Origin: Cylindrospermopsis raciborskii Cr2010
GTDB taxonomy: Bacteria > Cyanobacteriota > Cyanobacteriia > Cyanobacteriales > Nostocaceae
Assembly (NCBI RefSeq): GCF_003367075.2
Contig: NZ_CP065936.1
Location: forward strand, 60,001 to 92,000
Length of the DNA stretch: 32,000 nucleotides
Direction of reading: 5' to 3'
A program made the position numbers and the translations under genes. Under the pieces are notes generated by a model, which saw only the letters and a list, made by a program, of their open reading frames with translations, was not told where the DNA came from and made no database searches. This document shows positions 8,261 to 17,660 of this stretch, one piece after another (the first letter of the stretch is position 1; each line of letters starts with the position of its first letter).

Positions 8261-8824
8261 ATGGCTAAGGTTTTTAACTCTATTACGGAGGAGTTACAAG
8301 GATTTATCGCCAAGCAGCATATTTTTTTGGTTGGCACAGCTCCTCTAAGTTCCACAGGCCACGTTAATGTTTCTCCCAAGGGATTAGACAGTTTCCGAGT
8401 CATTTCACCCCACCGGGTTGCTTATTTGGATTTAACAGGTAGTGGGAACGAAACCTCTGCTCATCTGTTAGAAAATGGCAGAATTACTTTCATGTTTTGT
8501 GCTTTCCAAGAACCTCCCTGCATTCTCAGACTCTATGGTCAGGGAAGAACTATTTTACCTGATGATTATGAGTGGGATCAATTATATTCCTTATTTCCTC
8601 CCATAGTTGGAACGAGACAAATCATTGTTGCGGATATTGACAGAATACAAACTTCCTGTGGTTTTGGAGTACCACTTTATGAATACCTTGGACAAAGACA
8701 AACTTTGATCGGTTGGGCTATGAAAAAGGGCCAACTAGGTATTAGAGAATATCATCAGCAGAAAAATTTTGTTAGTATCGATGGGTTGTTAACTCCTTTG
8801 TCCCAATTGCATCATCAAAAATAA
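8261..8824 (+). CDS. Pyridoxamine 5'-phosphate oxidase family (FMN-binding split barrel) protein
   Basis: 187 aa; N-terminal ...FIAKQHIFLVGTAPLSSTGHVNVSPKG... resembles the PNPOx-like family. Confidence 0.6.
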   Translation: MAKVFNSITEELQGFIAKQHIFLVGTAPLSSTGHVNVSPKGLDSFRVISPHRVAYLDLTGSGNETSAHLLENGRITFMFCAFQEPPCILRLYGQGRTILPDDYEWDQLYSLFPPIVGTRQIIVADIDRIQTSCGFGVPLYEYLGQRQTLIGWAMKKGQLGIREYHQQKNFVSIDGLLTPLSQLHHQK

Positions 8825-8876
8825 CTGAAGGATATGATATATGAATAAACTCCAAGTAGACTTTTAACCAATTATC

Positions 8877-9797
8877 ATGTCAAATCAACGCATAATTAAA
8901 AGTATATATACCGATGGAGCTTGCAAGGGAAACCCAGGTCCTGGTGGTTGGGGTGTGGTTGTTTACTTTCATGATGGTTCAATTCATGAAATGGGGGAAG
9001 CATCTGACTACACTACAAACAATCAAATGGAAATCCAAGCTGCGATCGGGGCACTTCAATTATTAGCTCAATCCGGACAAGTTGAACCTATTACTCTATA
9101 TAGCGATAGCGAATATCTAATTAATAGTGTGACTAAATGGATACATGGATGGAAAAAAAAGGGTTGGAAAAAATCAGATGGCACTCCGGTGCAAAACCAA
9201 GAGCTACTAAAAATTATAGACAAGCTGAACACCAAGCTAGTCAGGTGGCAACATGTACGTGGACATGCGGGTGATATAGGTAATGAAAGATGCGATGTTA
9301 TTGCCCGTTCTTTTGCGAGTGGCAAAATTCCCCCTTTGCAACAATTATCCCCCCAACAGTTGCTAACTAATTGTCAAGAAACCTTAACCCAAATAACTCA
9401 AAGAGATGTAACAAAAGTATCTGATTATCCAACAAAATCAACAAAAATTGCTCAAAATATGTTGGAAGGTAGAACTTGTTTATTGGAAGAAAGAACTATG
9501 GAAACATCTACAGGAATATCTGTGGTGACACAGGAAGAAAAACCCCCGGAAATGAGAATATTACAAATCCGTAATCTCATGGAAACCCTAAAGATTGCGG
9601 ACGAAATTGCCCAGAAAGGTTACTTAATCACCAGTTCCGAACTAGCAGATTTAATGGATGTTCATGCCAGTGCAGTGACAAGTCGCGGTGATCAGTGGAG
9701 ATGGCGTAACTGGATAGTGTCACGAGTCAGACGAGAAGGGAATCAGATTTTGTGGGAGCTGGAAAGGGGCGATCAAGTGGAAAAGGATGATAATTAA
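8877..9797 (+). CDS. rnhA: Ribonuclease HI with a ~155-aa C-terminal extension of unknown function
   Basis: N-terminal 150 aa carry the RNase H DEDD residues in context (YTDGAC, NNQMEIQA, YSDSEY, NERCDVIA); residues ~150-306 have no motif I recognise. Confidence 0.88.
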   Translation: MSNQRIIKSIYTDGACKGNPGPGGWGVVVYFHDGSIHEMGEASDYTTNNQMEIQAAIGALQLLAQSGQVEPITLYSDSEYLINSVTKWIHGWKKKGWKKSDGTPVQNQELLKIIDKLNTKLVRWQHVRGHAGDIGNERCDVIARSFASGKIPPLQQLSPQQLLTNCQETLTQITQRDVTKVSDYPTKSTKIAQNMLEGRTCLLEERTMETSTGISVVTQEEKPPEMRILQIRNLMETLKIADEIAQKGYLITSSELADLMDVHASAVTSRGDQWRWRNWIVSRVRREGNQILWELERGDQVEKDDN

Positions 9798-9807
9798 TTA
9801 ACACTAA

Positions 9808-10986
9808 TCAATACTTTCTACCACGCCACTCTTTAGGAGTGCGAAGTGCTGATAAAAAGATGCGTATAACTGCTAGAGGGTCAGAGAAAGGGGAAAGCCA
9901 AAATAACCAACCACCATAAGCATTTGTTCGGTCATAGGAAGGAGAAATTGCCAGCAGTAGAGCAAAGCGGATGCTCAATAAAAAAACATTTAACGCCAAT
10001 AAAAGGGAACCAGGGAGATAGGGGGATGGGGAAACCAGCAAGAATGCTAAAATCACCGGTAGGGGTAAACCTTGAACACAGAACAATAACCACAGATCCC
10101 CCCAAACTTGACCAGGTGGGGAAGCATCCTTTAAATCCAAACTACGACCCCATTCTTTCCAGGTTTCCATGGCGCCCTCATACATTCGCACTTGAAAAAC
10201 CCTAGCTCCATCTAAAAAACCCACTTTAAACCCCGCAGCAGCAATATTGCGAGCCAAAGTAACATCATCACAAAAGGAACTCCTGGCACTAGTATAACCA
10301 TTCATAGTGGCCAAAACTGAGCGTCGACATAGGAAACACTGCCCATTGGCCATTACCCTTTCAGGCTGGGATGTACGAGTACCAGCCGGATCAAATCTGT
10401 ATAACAGTGTTAATAACAGGGAGGGTTGCAACCAACATTCACCCGGATACTTAAGGATAAACTGAGGAGACAGGGAAACCAAATCATAGCCTTCAGCTTC
10501 AGCAGTTCTAACTAGACTAGCTACTAGCCCAGGATGGGGTTGAATATCCGCATCCATTCCCAAAAACCACTTACTCTCCTCACAGCTAAACAAAAAGCCA
10601 TTATGTAAGGCCCAAGGACGACCTACCCAACCAGTAGGTAGGGGGTCATCTGTCATAACCCGAAATCGAGGATCTTTTTGTTGTACTGCTTTAACTAAAT
10701 CCGGAGTGCCATCCTTGGATCTGCTATCAACAACAATTACTTCCCTAACCTCGTAGCTTTGTCGAGTCAGACCGCTTAGTAAAGGAGTGATGCGTAGGGC
10801 TTCATTTAAAGTCGGCACAATCACACTTACACTGCCTAACATATCAGGGGTGGGTTGTTGTGGTTCTATGGGTGGGTGTCTTGTTGGTCCTTTCAGCAAC
10901 CGTGAGATTAAAATTAGCACTGCTGGAACCTGAAACACTAGCAATATTAGGGGTAATTCTAGGGAAATACTGGCTTCTCTAATCAA
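9808..10986 (-). CDS. cruG: Family-2 glycosyltransferase, membrane-anchored; possibly the carotenoid 2'-O-glycosyltransferase CruG
   Basis: VSVIVPTLNE...VIVVDSRSKDGT GT-A motifs and DAD motif (GMDADI); directly downstream of a CruF-like gene on the same strand. TTG start at 10986. Confidence 0.5.
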   Translation of the reverse strand: MIREASISLELPLILLVFQVPAVLILISRLLKGPTRHPPIEPQQPTPDMLGSVSVIVPTLNEALRITPLLSGLTRQSYEVREVIVVDSRSKDGTPDLVKAVQQKDPRFRVMTDDPLPTGWVGRPWALHNGFLFSCEESKWFLGMDADIQPHPGLVASLVRTAEAEGYDLVSLSPQFILKYPGECWLQPSLLLTLLYRFDPAGTRTSQPERVMANGQCFLCRRSVLATMNGYTSARSSFCDDVTLARNIAAAGFKVGFLDGARVFQVRMYEGAMETWKEWGRSLDLKDASPPGQVWGDLWLLFCVQGLPLPVILAFLLVSPSPYLPGSLLLALNVFLLSIRFALLLAISPSYDRTNAYGGWLFWLSPFSDPLAVIRIFLSALRTPKEWRGRKY

Positions 10987-11036
10987 GATCTTTATACCGT
11001 TACTTCTATTAACTTTCTCTAAAGAGATTTATGACG

Positions 11037-11079
11037 CAGTGCTGAGTGAAAAATCTGATCTTTTATTCACCCAGCACTG
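11037..11079 (-). other. 14-bp stem hairpin between the cruF-like and cruG-like genes
   Basis: cagtgctgagtgaa / ttcacccagcactg with a 15-nt loop; the single A/C mismatch on the + strand becomes a G-U wobble on the minus (mRNA) strand. Confidence 0.55.
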
Positions 11080-11084
11080 GAGGA

Positions 11085-12044
11085 TTATTTTAAAACAACA
11101 TTAACATTATTAACATTGCTCATCACCGACTGATTTCCTGACTCTAGTCCTGCAGAAATGGATTTACTAGGCGCTTTTGACCATAATAGGATAGCAGGTG
11201 CAACTCCTAGGAATAGACCCAAAATTATAGGAATAGGGAACCCAGCAGCTAAACTCATAACAGTAGCAAAACCAAAGTTGGCTAGATACACTATTAGGGC
11301 TACGTTTAATTGGGATCTTTCCAAATTAATTGGGTTATTTCTCCATAATAAGGCTGATACTGTCATAAACAAAGAACCGGTGCCAAACCAACCAGCAAAA
11401 TTTTGATAAGGCATGCCAAAGAAAGAACCTGGTTGATGCCAATACCAAAATGGTAAGGACGTCTGACTCATTGCTGGATCCAACACAAAATCCCAAGAGG
11501 TGAGCAATAAAGCTCCCAATGCGATCGCACCTAAATGACGCAGTAAAGTAGGTTTTCTATCTACATCGAAACCAGTACGTCCTAACAAGTATGATACAAT
11601 TCCCACATAAAACCAAGATAAAGGAATAGTGAAAGGTACGAGACCTGCAATTTTATAACCCAAACCACTTAAATAGCTATAGTGACCAAAAGGAAAACCT
11701 GTACTGGTTCCCAATAACTCACTAGTCAAAGAAATAGATAAAGATGGAATCAAGAAATATAGGGATCTTGCCAAACCTAAGTTTCGGACAGCATAGAGGA
11801 AAACACCTACAGCACCTAAAATCATGTAAGCAACACCACCACCAGCCATACTCCACTGCATGGCTGTTTGTCCTACTTCTGATAAATTTAGTACCTCTTC
11901 AAAAATTAACTCAGCATTGGGAATTACCAGTAGTATTCCCACGAGCCCGAAAACCATAGAAACGATATGACCAATCAGGCATACGCGCTCAAAAATCACT
12001 AGTTGTCTCATGATTAGTCCCTGACCTTTCTTGAAAGATGACAC
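11085..12044 (-). CDS. cruF: Polytopic membrane protein of the carotenoid-biosynthesis (Caroten_synth/CruF-like, gamma-carotene 1'-hydroxylase) family
   Basis: ~8 TM helices; motif ...SWDFVLDPAMSQ...WYWH...; paired with a GT2 gene as in the myxoxanthophyll cruF-cruG pair. GTG at 12044, alternative ATG at 12011 preceded by AGGGA. Confidence 0.55.
   Translation of the reverse strand: MSSFKKGQGLIMRQLVIFERVCLIGHIVSMVFGLVGILLVIPNAELIFEEVLNLSEVGQTAMQWSMAGGGVAYMILGAVGVFLYAVRNLGLARSLYFLIPSLSISLTSELLGTSTGFPFGHYSYLSGLGYKIAGLVPFTIPLSWFYVGIVSYLLGRTGFDVDRKPTLLRHLGAIALGALLLTSWDFVLDPAMSQTSLPFWYWHQPGSFFGMPYQNFAGWFGTGSLFMTVSALLWRNNPINLERSQLNVALIVYLANFGFATVMSLAAGFPIPIILGLFLGVAPAILLWSKAPSKSISAGLESGNQSVMSNVNNVNVVLK
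11521..11528. repeat. HIP1 (GCGATCGC)
   Basis: Exact octamer, inside the cruF-like gene. Confidence 0.9.
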
Positions 12045-12214
12045 TTGGTTACACTAATTTACAAATCTTTAATATCTTAACCCAACTAAATTTCCAGGGT
12101 TAGAAAGTCCATCAAAAAGTTAAAAGTTAGTTAATCTTATAGCATATACGGTAAAAATGGGAAGTATAAGTAAGTATAAACGTCCGTGGACTCAAATAAC
12201 CATCTCCCCCTAAT

Positions 12215-12640
12215 ATGTCAATATTGCAAAAAGTTCCTTGGTTGTCTCTAATTTTGGTATTTCTTAGCTACATCGCCCTGGGTTGGCTAGTATCGGAGAC
12301 TAACCCCCCCCTATTTTTCTGGTTTATACTTGGGGTTGGACTATTGCTCTTGTTAAACAGCTTAACTACTCCACTGTCAGAAATAGTCAGTTTTTACACT
12401 ATATTGTTCGAATCAAATCTCAAGAGTTTTGCAGTGACAATTTTAGCGGCTTTTTTGTTTTTCCTGATGATTGCTTGGTTTAGAGTATTTCTAGATGCTT
12501 TACTAATTATTTCCTCAACCATACTAGCTAAGATAGACTTTCAGTCCCAAGGATTGAAACCAGGCCTAACTTTTTGGTTGATCTCCCTATTTTCCTTTTC
12601 AGGCTTAGGATTAGGCGCTTTGTGGAAGACCTTTGTTTAA
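12215..12640 (+). CDS. Hypothetical four-TM membrane protein
   Basis: 141-aa ORF, strongly hydrophobic in four segments; no recognisable motif. Confidence 0.5.
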   Translation: MSILQKVPWLSLILVFLSYIALGWLVSETNPPLFFWFILGVGLLLLLNSLTTPLSEIVSFYTILFESNLKSFAVTILAAFLFFLMIAWFRVFLDALLIISSTILAKIDFQSQGLKPGLTFWLISLFSFSGLGLGALWKTFV

Positions 12641-12712
12641 GAACACTAGAATTAAAGCAAGTGCAAGGGGGCTTAATTTTTACCCATTTCCCCCTATTCC
12701 ACCCACGGATAA

Positions 12713-12991
12713 CTAGCTGGCTACCGCTTCCTCAGTAACACGGGGATAAACACTAACCTTTTTGCGACTTTTGCCCTTTCTTTCAAAAGTGACCACACCA
12801 TCAATTAAAGCAAACAAGGTGTCATCATTGCCAATGCCAACATTATTACCAGGATGGAACTTGGTGCCACGCTGGCGTACTAGGATGTTTCCTGCACGTA
12901 CAACCTGTCCACCAAAACGCTTTACACCCAGGCGTTGAGCATTAGAATCGCGACCATTTCGTGTACTTCCTGTACCTTTCTTATGAGCCAT
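12713..12991 (-). CDS. rpmA: 50S ribosomal protein L27
   Basis: [29 protein letters not shown]... is the canonical L27 N-terminus; downstream of rplU. Confidence 0.97.
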   Translation of the reverse strand: MAHKKGTGSTRNGRDSNAQRLGVKRFGGQVVRAGNILVRQRGTKFHPGNNVGIGNDDTLFALIDGVVTFERKGKSRKKVSVYPRVTEEAVAS

Positions 12992-13040
12992 ATTTTCCTC
13001 TCAAACTTGTCAAATTAAATTCAAATTAAGGTTAAACTTA

Positions 13041-13442
13041 TCATTCACCTTGCAAATCAAGACCTGGGTCTTCCAGTGGAAGGAGTTCAGGAGAAAGGGG
13101 AGAGTCTTGATGGGCAAGAGTTTCGCCATTAAGCTTAATAGAGTTAATCAAAAGCCTAGTAATTTCCTGACGGTGCCCACGTTTTTTGCGAGTTTTCTTC
13201 TTGGGTTTCATCTTGTAAACCAAGACCTTACGACCTCGGAAATGCCGTAAGACAGTTGCTTCTACCGTTGCACCAGAGACTCTTGGTTGCCCTATGGACA
13301 GTCCATTCTCATGTTGCACAAGTAACACTGCGTCTATAGTTACTTTTTCATCTGGTTGAGCGTGGAGTAGTTCAATATCGTAGAAACGACCTGCTTCTAC
13401 TTTTAACTGTTTGCCACCGGTTTCAATAATTGCGTAAGTCAT
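13041..13442 (-). CDS. rplU: 50S ribosomal protein L21
   Basis: [24 protein letters not shown]... canonical L21; rplU-rpmA order conserved. Confidence 0.96.
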   Translation of the reverse strand: MTYAIIETGGKQLKVEAGRFYDIELLHAQPDEKVTIDAVLLVQHENGLSIGQPRVSGATVEATVLRHFRGRKVLVYKMKPKKKTRKKRGHRQEITRLLINSIKLNGETLAHQDSPLSPELLPLEDPGLDLQGE

Positions 13443-13756
13443 GGGATTGTCCTTAAATTTGCCGTACAGGTAGCTGGCATTGATCTATAAAGATCTTCTG
13501 TCTATAGCTGTAGTATGCTTTTTACCAGCCTTTGGTGTCTACCTGATCCGAGCGAGAATGAGAGAGACGATTGGCACTGATTCCACTTGACGTGGTTTTG
13601 GTATATACTCCCAAATTAGTGCACAACCAACCATAATAAACCGTTCCACCGTGTTTGTCAAGGTGAATTTGCAACTTGGGCTTGACTTCGTCTAATGTAA
13701 GAAGCCAACTGCGTGTGGCAATTTTCGAATGAACCAAAATACATTCCCTCATCATC

Positions 13757-15028
13757 ATGAATACTAAGGATCCCTATCAAAGAATCACAACCTATTGGAT
13801 TGGGTTGAAAAGCTGGATTATTAACACTCCCCACAGAGCTGTTTTAGCGGCTTATCGAGCTGCTTGGGAGATTAGAAATATTGAAATTCAACAGTTTAAC
13901 GGGCAAAAAATTTCCCCTCAGTCTGCAAACTATAGTGGTAATCTCATGGAATTTTGGCAAGGGGACCTGAATAGAAATTTAACTACCATTAAAATTCGAC
14001 TGGCAGAATTTAATTTAGGCATGACTTTTACCGATAGATCTACCGATACCAACAATCAATATGTTTATGATAATGATCTCTTAGAAAAACTTAAATTTAT
14101 TGATGAAGTTATCGGCAATTATACTCAAAAGCGTAATGATAGTAAATACATGGAAATTACACAACCATTAAAAACCAGTGATAAAGAAGTTCAATTCAAT
14201 AATAAATCAACAGATGTAGACTCCAATGATAATCAAAAAAAAGGAGTATTTCCCGGGTCAATTGCCAGAACTTTGAGTAAAATTGCTAAGGACTTCACCC
14301 CAACAGCAGAGAGTGATTTCATCAACAACTACCGCATTTCTAGAAATAAAACTAGGATAGGAATTAGATTCCTCCTATTAATAATAATTATCCCATTAAT
14401 AGTACAAAATTTTTCTAAAAACTTATTATTTACACCTCTATTTACTCAGTGGATGAGTCAAGATAATCAAAGAGTGTTTTTAAACCGAGAAATGGAGGAA
14501 AAAGCACTGAATGAACTGAAAACCTTCGAGAGAAAATTGCAGTTCCAAAATTTATTACATACGGCACCCCCTTTATCTGTTGAAGAAATAGAACTAGAGG
14601 TAAAAGATAAAGCATTGGATCTAGCAGAGGAATTTCGTCGTGATAGTAGTCTGGCTATAGGTAATATATTTGCCGATGTCATATCATTAATCTCCTTTGC
14701 CATTATTATTGGTTGGAGAAAAAAAGATATAGAGGTAGTTCAGTCATTGTTAGATAAAATAGCCTATGGGTTAAGTGATAGTGCCAAAGCTTTTCTAATT
14801 ATTTTAATAACGGATATATTTGTAGGTTTCCACTCTCCCCATGGTTGGGAAATTATTTTAGAAAGTCTAGCAGAACACTTGGGATTACCCGCAAATAGAA
14901 ATGTCATATTCCTTTTTATTGCTACTTTCCCCGTAATTTTAAACACCATCTTCAAATATTGGATTTTCCGTTATTTGAGTCGGTTATCCCCCTCCGCTTT
15001 AGCCACCTTAAAGGAAATGGATGAATAA
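13757..15028 (+). CDS. pxcA: Proton-extrusion / envelope membrane protein PxcA (CemA/CotA family)
   Basis: 423 aa; C-terminal membrane domain ending ...FKYWIFRYLSRLSPSALATLKEMDE matches the CemA signature. Confidence 0.85.
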   Translation: MNTKDPYQRITTYWIGLKSWIINTPHRAVLAAYRAAWEIRNIEIQQFNGQKISPQSANYSGNLMEFWQGDLNRNLTTIKIRLAEFNLGMTFTDRSTDTNNQYVYDNDLLEKLKFIDEVIGNYTQKRNDSKYMEITQPLKTSDKEVQFNNKSTDVDSNDNQKKGVFPGSIARTLSKIAKDFTPTAESDFINNYRISRNKTRIGIRFLLLIIIIPLIVQNFSKNLLFTPLFTQWMSQDNQRVFLNREMEEKALNELKTFERKLQFQNLLHTAPPLSVEEIELEVKDKALDLAEEFRRDSSLAIGNIFADVISLISFAIIIGWRKKDIEVVQSLLDKIAYGLSDSAKAFLIILITDIFVGFHSPHGWEIILESLAEHLGLPANRNVIFLFIATFPVILNTIFKYWIFRYLSRLSPSALATLKEMDE

Positions 15029-15093
15029 TAGACAAAATCTACAATTTCTGAAATAATTCTTTTTACAAAGTCTAAAAAGTCTAAACACAGCTT

Positions 15094-16284
15094 ATGATTA
15101 ACATGCGATTGGGTCTCAAAGTTCAAATTTTAGCGGGTATGATCACCTTTCTATCAGTTATCGGTGTAAATCAATATCAATTTCTACACGCAACCAATAA
15201 GCCCTTACATACACAGCCAAGAATTGAGCAACCCCAGGATTCATCTGTCTTTTATTCGGTGATTGATGAATGGCAAAAATATAAATATAGTCTGAATGGG
15301 AAGTCTATTTTAGAACCCATGAAATTACCAAATACAAAAGTGAGTTTTAATGCCAACGATTTATTGTTTGTACTGACAAATACCAGGAAATATTTTCAAG
15401 ATTATTCTCAAAAGGATCAAAATATTTCTCGAAATGGATTATTAGTAAGTCAAGGCGTTAAGGTAGAAGATGTGCTAAAAACCCTAGATTTTATGATTAG
15501 CACCTTACGGGAAGATCTGAAGAAAAACCGACCTCCCCGACTGCAAGATCCTAATTTTATTAATGCCAATTTTCGGGTAATTAAATGGAAAGCTTATAAT
15601 CCAGATAAACCAGAACAAAAACAACTGAGAATTACAAAGTATGCGGTTTTCACTCATCCTGGTTCTCATATCAAAACAAGTACATACAACATACCAATTT
15701 ATAGCTTAAAAGACAATTTAGCCACCGATAAATTTTACACTAAATACACCAAGCAGGACGTACTATCTGGAATTTATGAACCAGGTGGAAAGGAATTTGG
15801 CAAAGTAGAAACTCTAGCATATTTGACTCGTCAAGGACTGGAGGAAGCATTAATGCAGGGGACAATATTAATTAATTTTACCGATGGTTCTAAGGGATTT
15901 TTTAACGTAGACAGAAATAATGGCATATCCTACATAAGAGGAGTCAAGGACACACTACAAAAGCGTTATTGGTATTTCAGACCAGTTGACCAAATCAAAG
16001 GTTATGGATATAAAATAGACGCGAAAATTTCCATTAAACCAGGTGTCACTTTTGCTGGAGACGTGCTGAATATTGGTTTAGGAAGAGTGGTATTAATTGA
16101 ATATAACCAGGGAAAAAATAAACGTCTACAAATGGGAGTGGTAGCGGACACGGGTGGAGCATTCTTACCCAACCTACATCAGTTAGACTACCTAGCGGGT
16201 GTTTTTAAAAATCAAACGGAATTTAGGCAGTATATTAGACAACTACCAGAATATGCCAGTGCCTATATTCTGGTGAAAAAGTGA
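15094..16284 (+). CDS. MltA-like murein transglycosylase (MltA + 3D domain), tentative
   Basis: 396 aa with N-terminal anchor; C-terminal ...GVVADTGGAF...LDYLAGVF resembles the 3D-domain DTGGAIKG...D motif of MltA. Confidence 0.5.
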   Translation: MINMRLGLKVQILAGMITFLSVIGVNQYQFLHATNKPLHTQPRIEQPQDSSVFYSVIDEWQKYKYSLNGKSILEPMKLPNTKVSFNANDLLFVLTNTRKYFQDYSQKDQNISRNGLLVSQGVKVEDVLKTLDFMISTLREDLKKNRPPRLQDPNFINANFRVIKWKAYNPDKPEQKQLRITKYAVFTHPGSHIKTSTYNIPIYSLKDNLATDKFYTKYTKQDVLSGIYEPGGKEFGKVETLAYLTRQGLEEALMQGTILINFTDGSKGFFNVDRNNGISYIRGVKDTLQKRYWYFRPVDQIKGYGYKIDAKISIKPGVTFAGDVLNIGLGRVVLIEYNQGKNKRLQMGVVADTGGAFLPNLHQLDYLAGVFKNQTEFRQYIRQLPEYASAYILVKK

Positions 16285-16310
16285 AAAAAAGCAAAATTAA
16301 TAAATGCAGT

Positions 16311-16697
16311 TTATTCTTCCGGTGATTTAGCTGTTATTTCAACTGTTGTCACATCCACTGCTGTGACATCAATTGTACCTTCTGGTGTTAAACGGCTAAA
16401 TCTACCATTTTTCACTGATAGTTGCTCACCACAATTGGGACATTGGAGTTGGGTATTATTTAAACCGGTTGATTCAAATGCACAAACTGGACATTTATCA
16501 GTCACTAAATTCCCTTGCAACCACCAGCGAAAACCAAAAAATGCCACAAATGGTATAATCAGGAACAGAGTGAAAATAACTATTAAAGAGTTTACCAACC
16601 AACCTAGACCCAAAGATGCTAACAACCAGGTTACTGCTAATAAGGTTAACCAGGGACGGAACCTATCAAGATTTTGTTGTAAGTTATTAGAATTCAT
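16311..16697 (-). CDS. Hypothetical membrane protein with C-terminal zinc-ribbon
   Basis: Two TM helices followed by CPVC-x15-CPNC. Confidence 0.55.
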   Translation of the reverse strand: MNSNNLQQNLDRFRPWLTLLAVTWLLASLGLGWLVNSLIVIFTLFLIIPFVAFFGFRWWLQGNLVTDKCPVCAFESTGLNNTQLQCPNCGEQLSVKNGRFSRLTPEGTIDVTAVDVTTVEITAKSPEE

Positions 16698-16827
16698 TCG
16701 TTTAATTTTTTATACTCTATTCCTATTCTACCATTTTTATTGATCGAGCAACCCGACAGGAGCCAAAACGCATGCACTCAATTTTATTCATCTACTCTGT
16801 TTATCGCGTTTTGGCACAAACTATATT

Positions 16828-17649
16828 TTAGAGGATTTTTACAATCTCTCTTACATTATCTATCTGTTCTTCACTGAACCCAGCTTGTTTAAGGTTAATT
16901 AAAAATTTAGATTGTCCATAACGAGAGTCCAACTGTACTGCTTGGTTATAAGTTTGTCGTGCTTGTGTTTTCATCCCTTGTCCCCAATAAACCAATGCCA
17001 AAGCAACCCAAGGATGGGGATTGGTGGGTTCTAAAATTGTGGCTTGTTTACCCCGTGCTATTGCTAAATCATACTTCTTTAGACGTTGATAAGCGAGAGT
17101 TAGATTATAATAGGCGATTTCATTATTTGCCCTTATTTCTTTTGCACGCTCATGAGTTATTACTGCTTTGTCTAAATCTCCACTCACTAGATAAACTATT
17201 CCCAAAGCATTTAATGCAGGAATATAATTAGCATCTTTCTCTAATACTTGCTCTAATACCTTCATAGCAGATGCTTCTCTACCACCAAGGTGTAAAGTCC
17301 AACCCAATAAAACCTGTCCAGAAAGATTTTCTGGTTCCACAGAGGTGGCCTCTTCTAAGGAGATAATAGCATCTGTATAACGCCCTTGCTGGCGATATCT
17401 CAGTCCTAATTGTCGCAACTTAGCCGCAGCAGTTTTAGACTTACTAGAACTAGTGAAAGTGGGGGAAGGCGTAAAAATAGGGGAAGTTGAGGAATAGTCC
17501 ATATTATTGGGTAATACATTTTTGCTGCATCCCATAATATTACCCACAGCCGTCAAACTTATCATACATATTATACTAGTAATAGCACTATGAATATTTC
17601 TATTGTTAGTGTTACTAATACTTTTAATTTTACCAACCATATTTGCCAT
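16828..17649 (-). CDS. TPR-repeat protein, N-terminally anchored or secreted
   Basis: Hydrophobic N-terminus with Cys (...NIMGCSK...) then repeated TPR-like units (...AIISLEEATSVEPEN..., ...ALNALGIVYLVSGDLDKAV..., ...AYYNLTLAYQRLKKYDLAI...). Confidence 0.75.
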   Translation of the reverse strand: MANMVGKIKSISNTNNRNIHSAITSIICMISLTAVGNIMGCSKNVLPNNMDYSSTSPIFTPSPTFTSSSKSKTAAAKLRQLGLRYRQQGRYTDAIISLEEATSVEPENLSGQVLLGWTLHLGGREASAMKVLEQVLEKDANYIPALNALGIVYLVSGDLDKAVITHERAKEIRANNEIAYYNLTLAYQRLKKYDLAIARGKQATILEPTNPHPWVALALVYWGQGMKTQARQTYNQAVQLDSRYGQSKFLINLKQAGFSEEQIDNVREIVKIL

Positions 17650-17660
17650 TGATTGAGTCT

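Noticed and set aside
13522-13758. 78-aa minus-strand ORF in the 314-bp gap between rplU and pxcA, its start overlapping the pxcA ATG
   Set aside because: It has no motif and no convincing RBS, and it occupies what is more likely the rplU 5' leader or the divergent promoter region. I could not identify a known ribosomal-protein leader or ncRNA there either, so the region is left unannotated.
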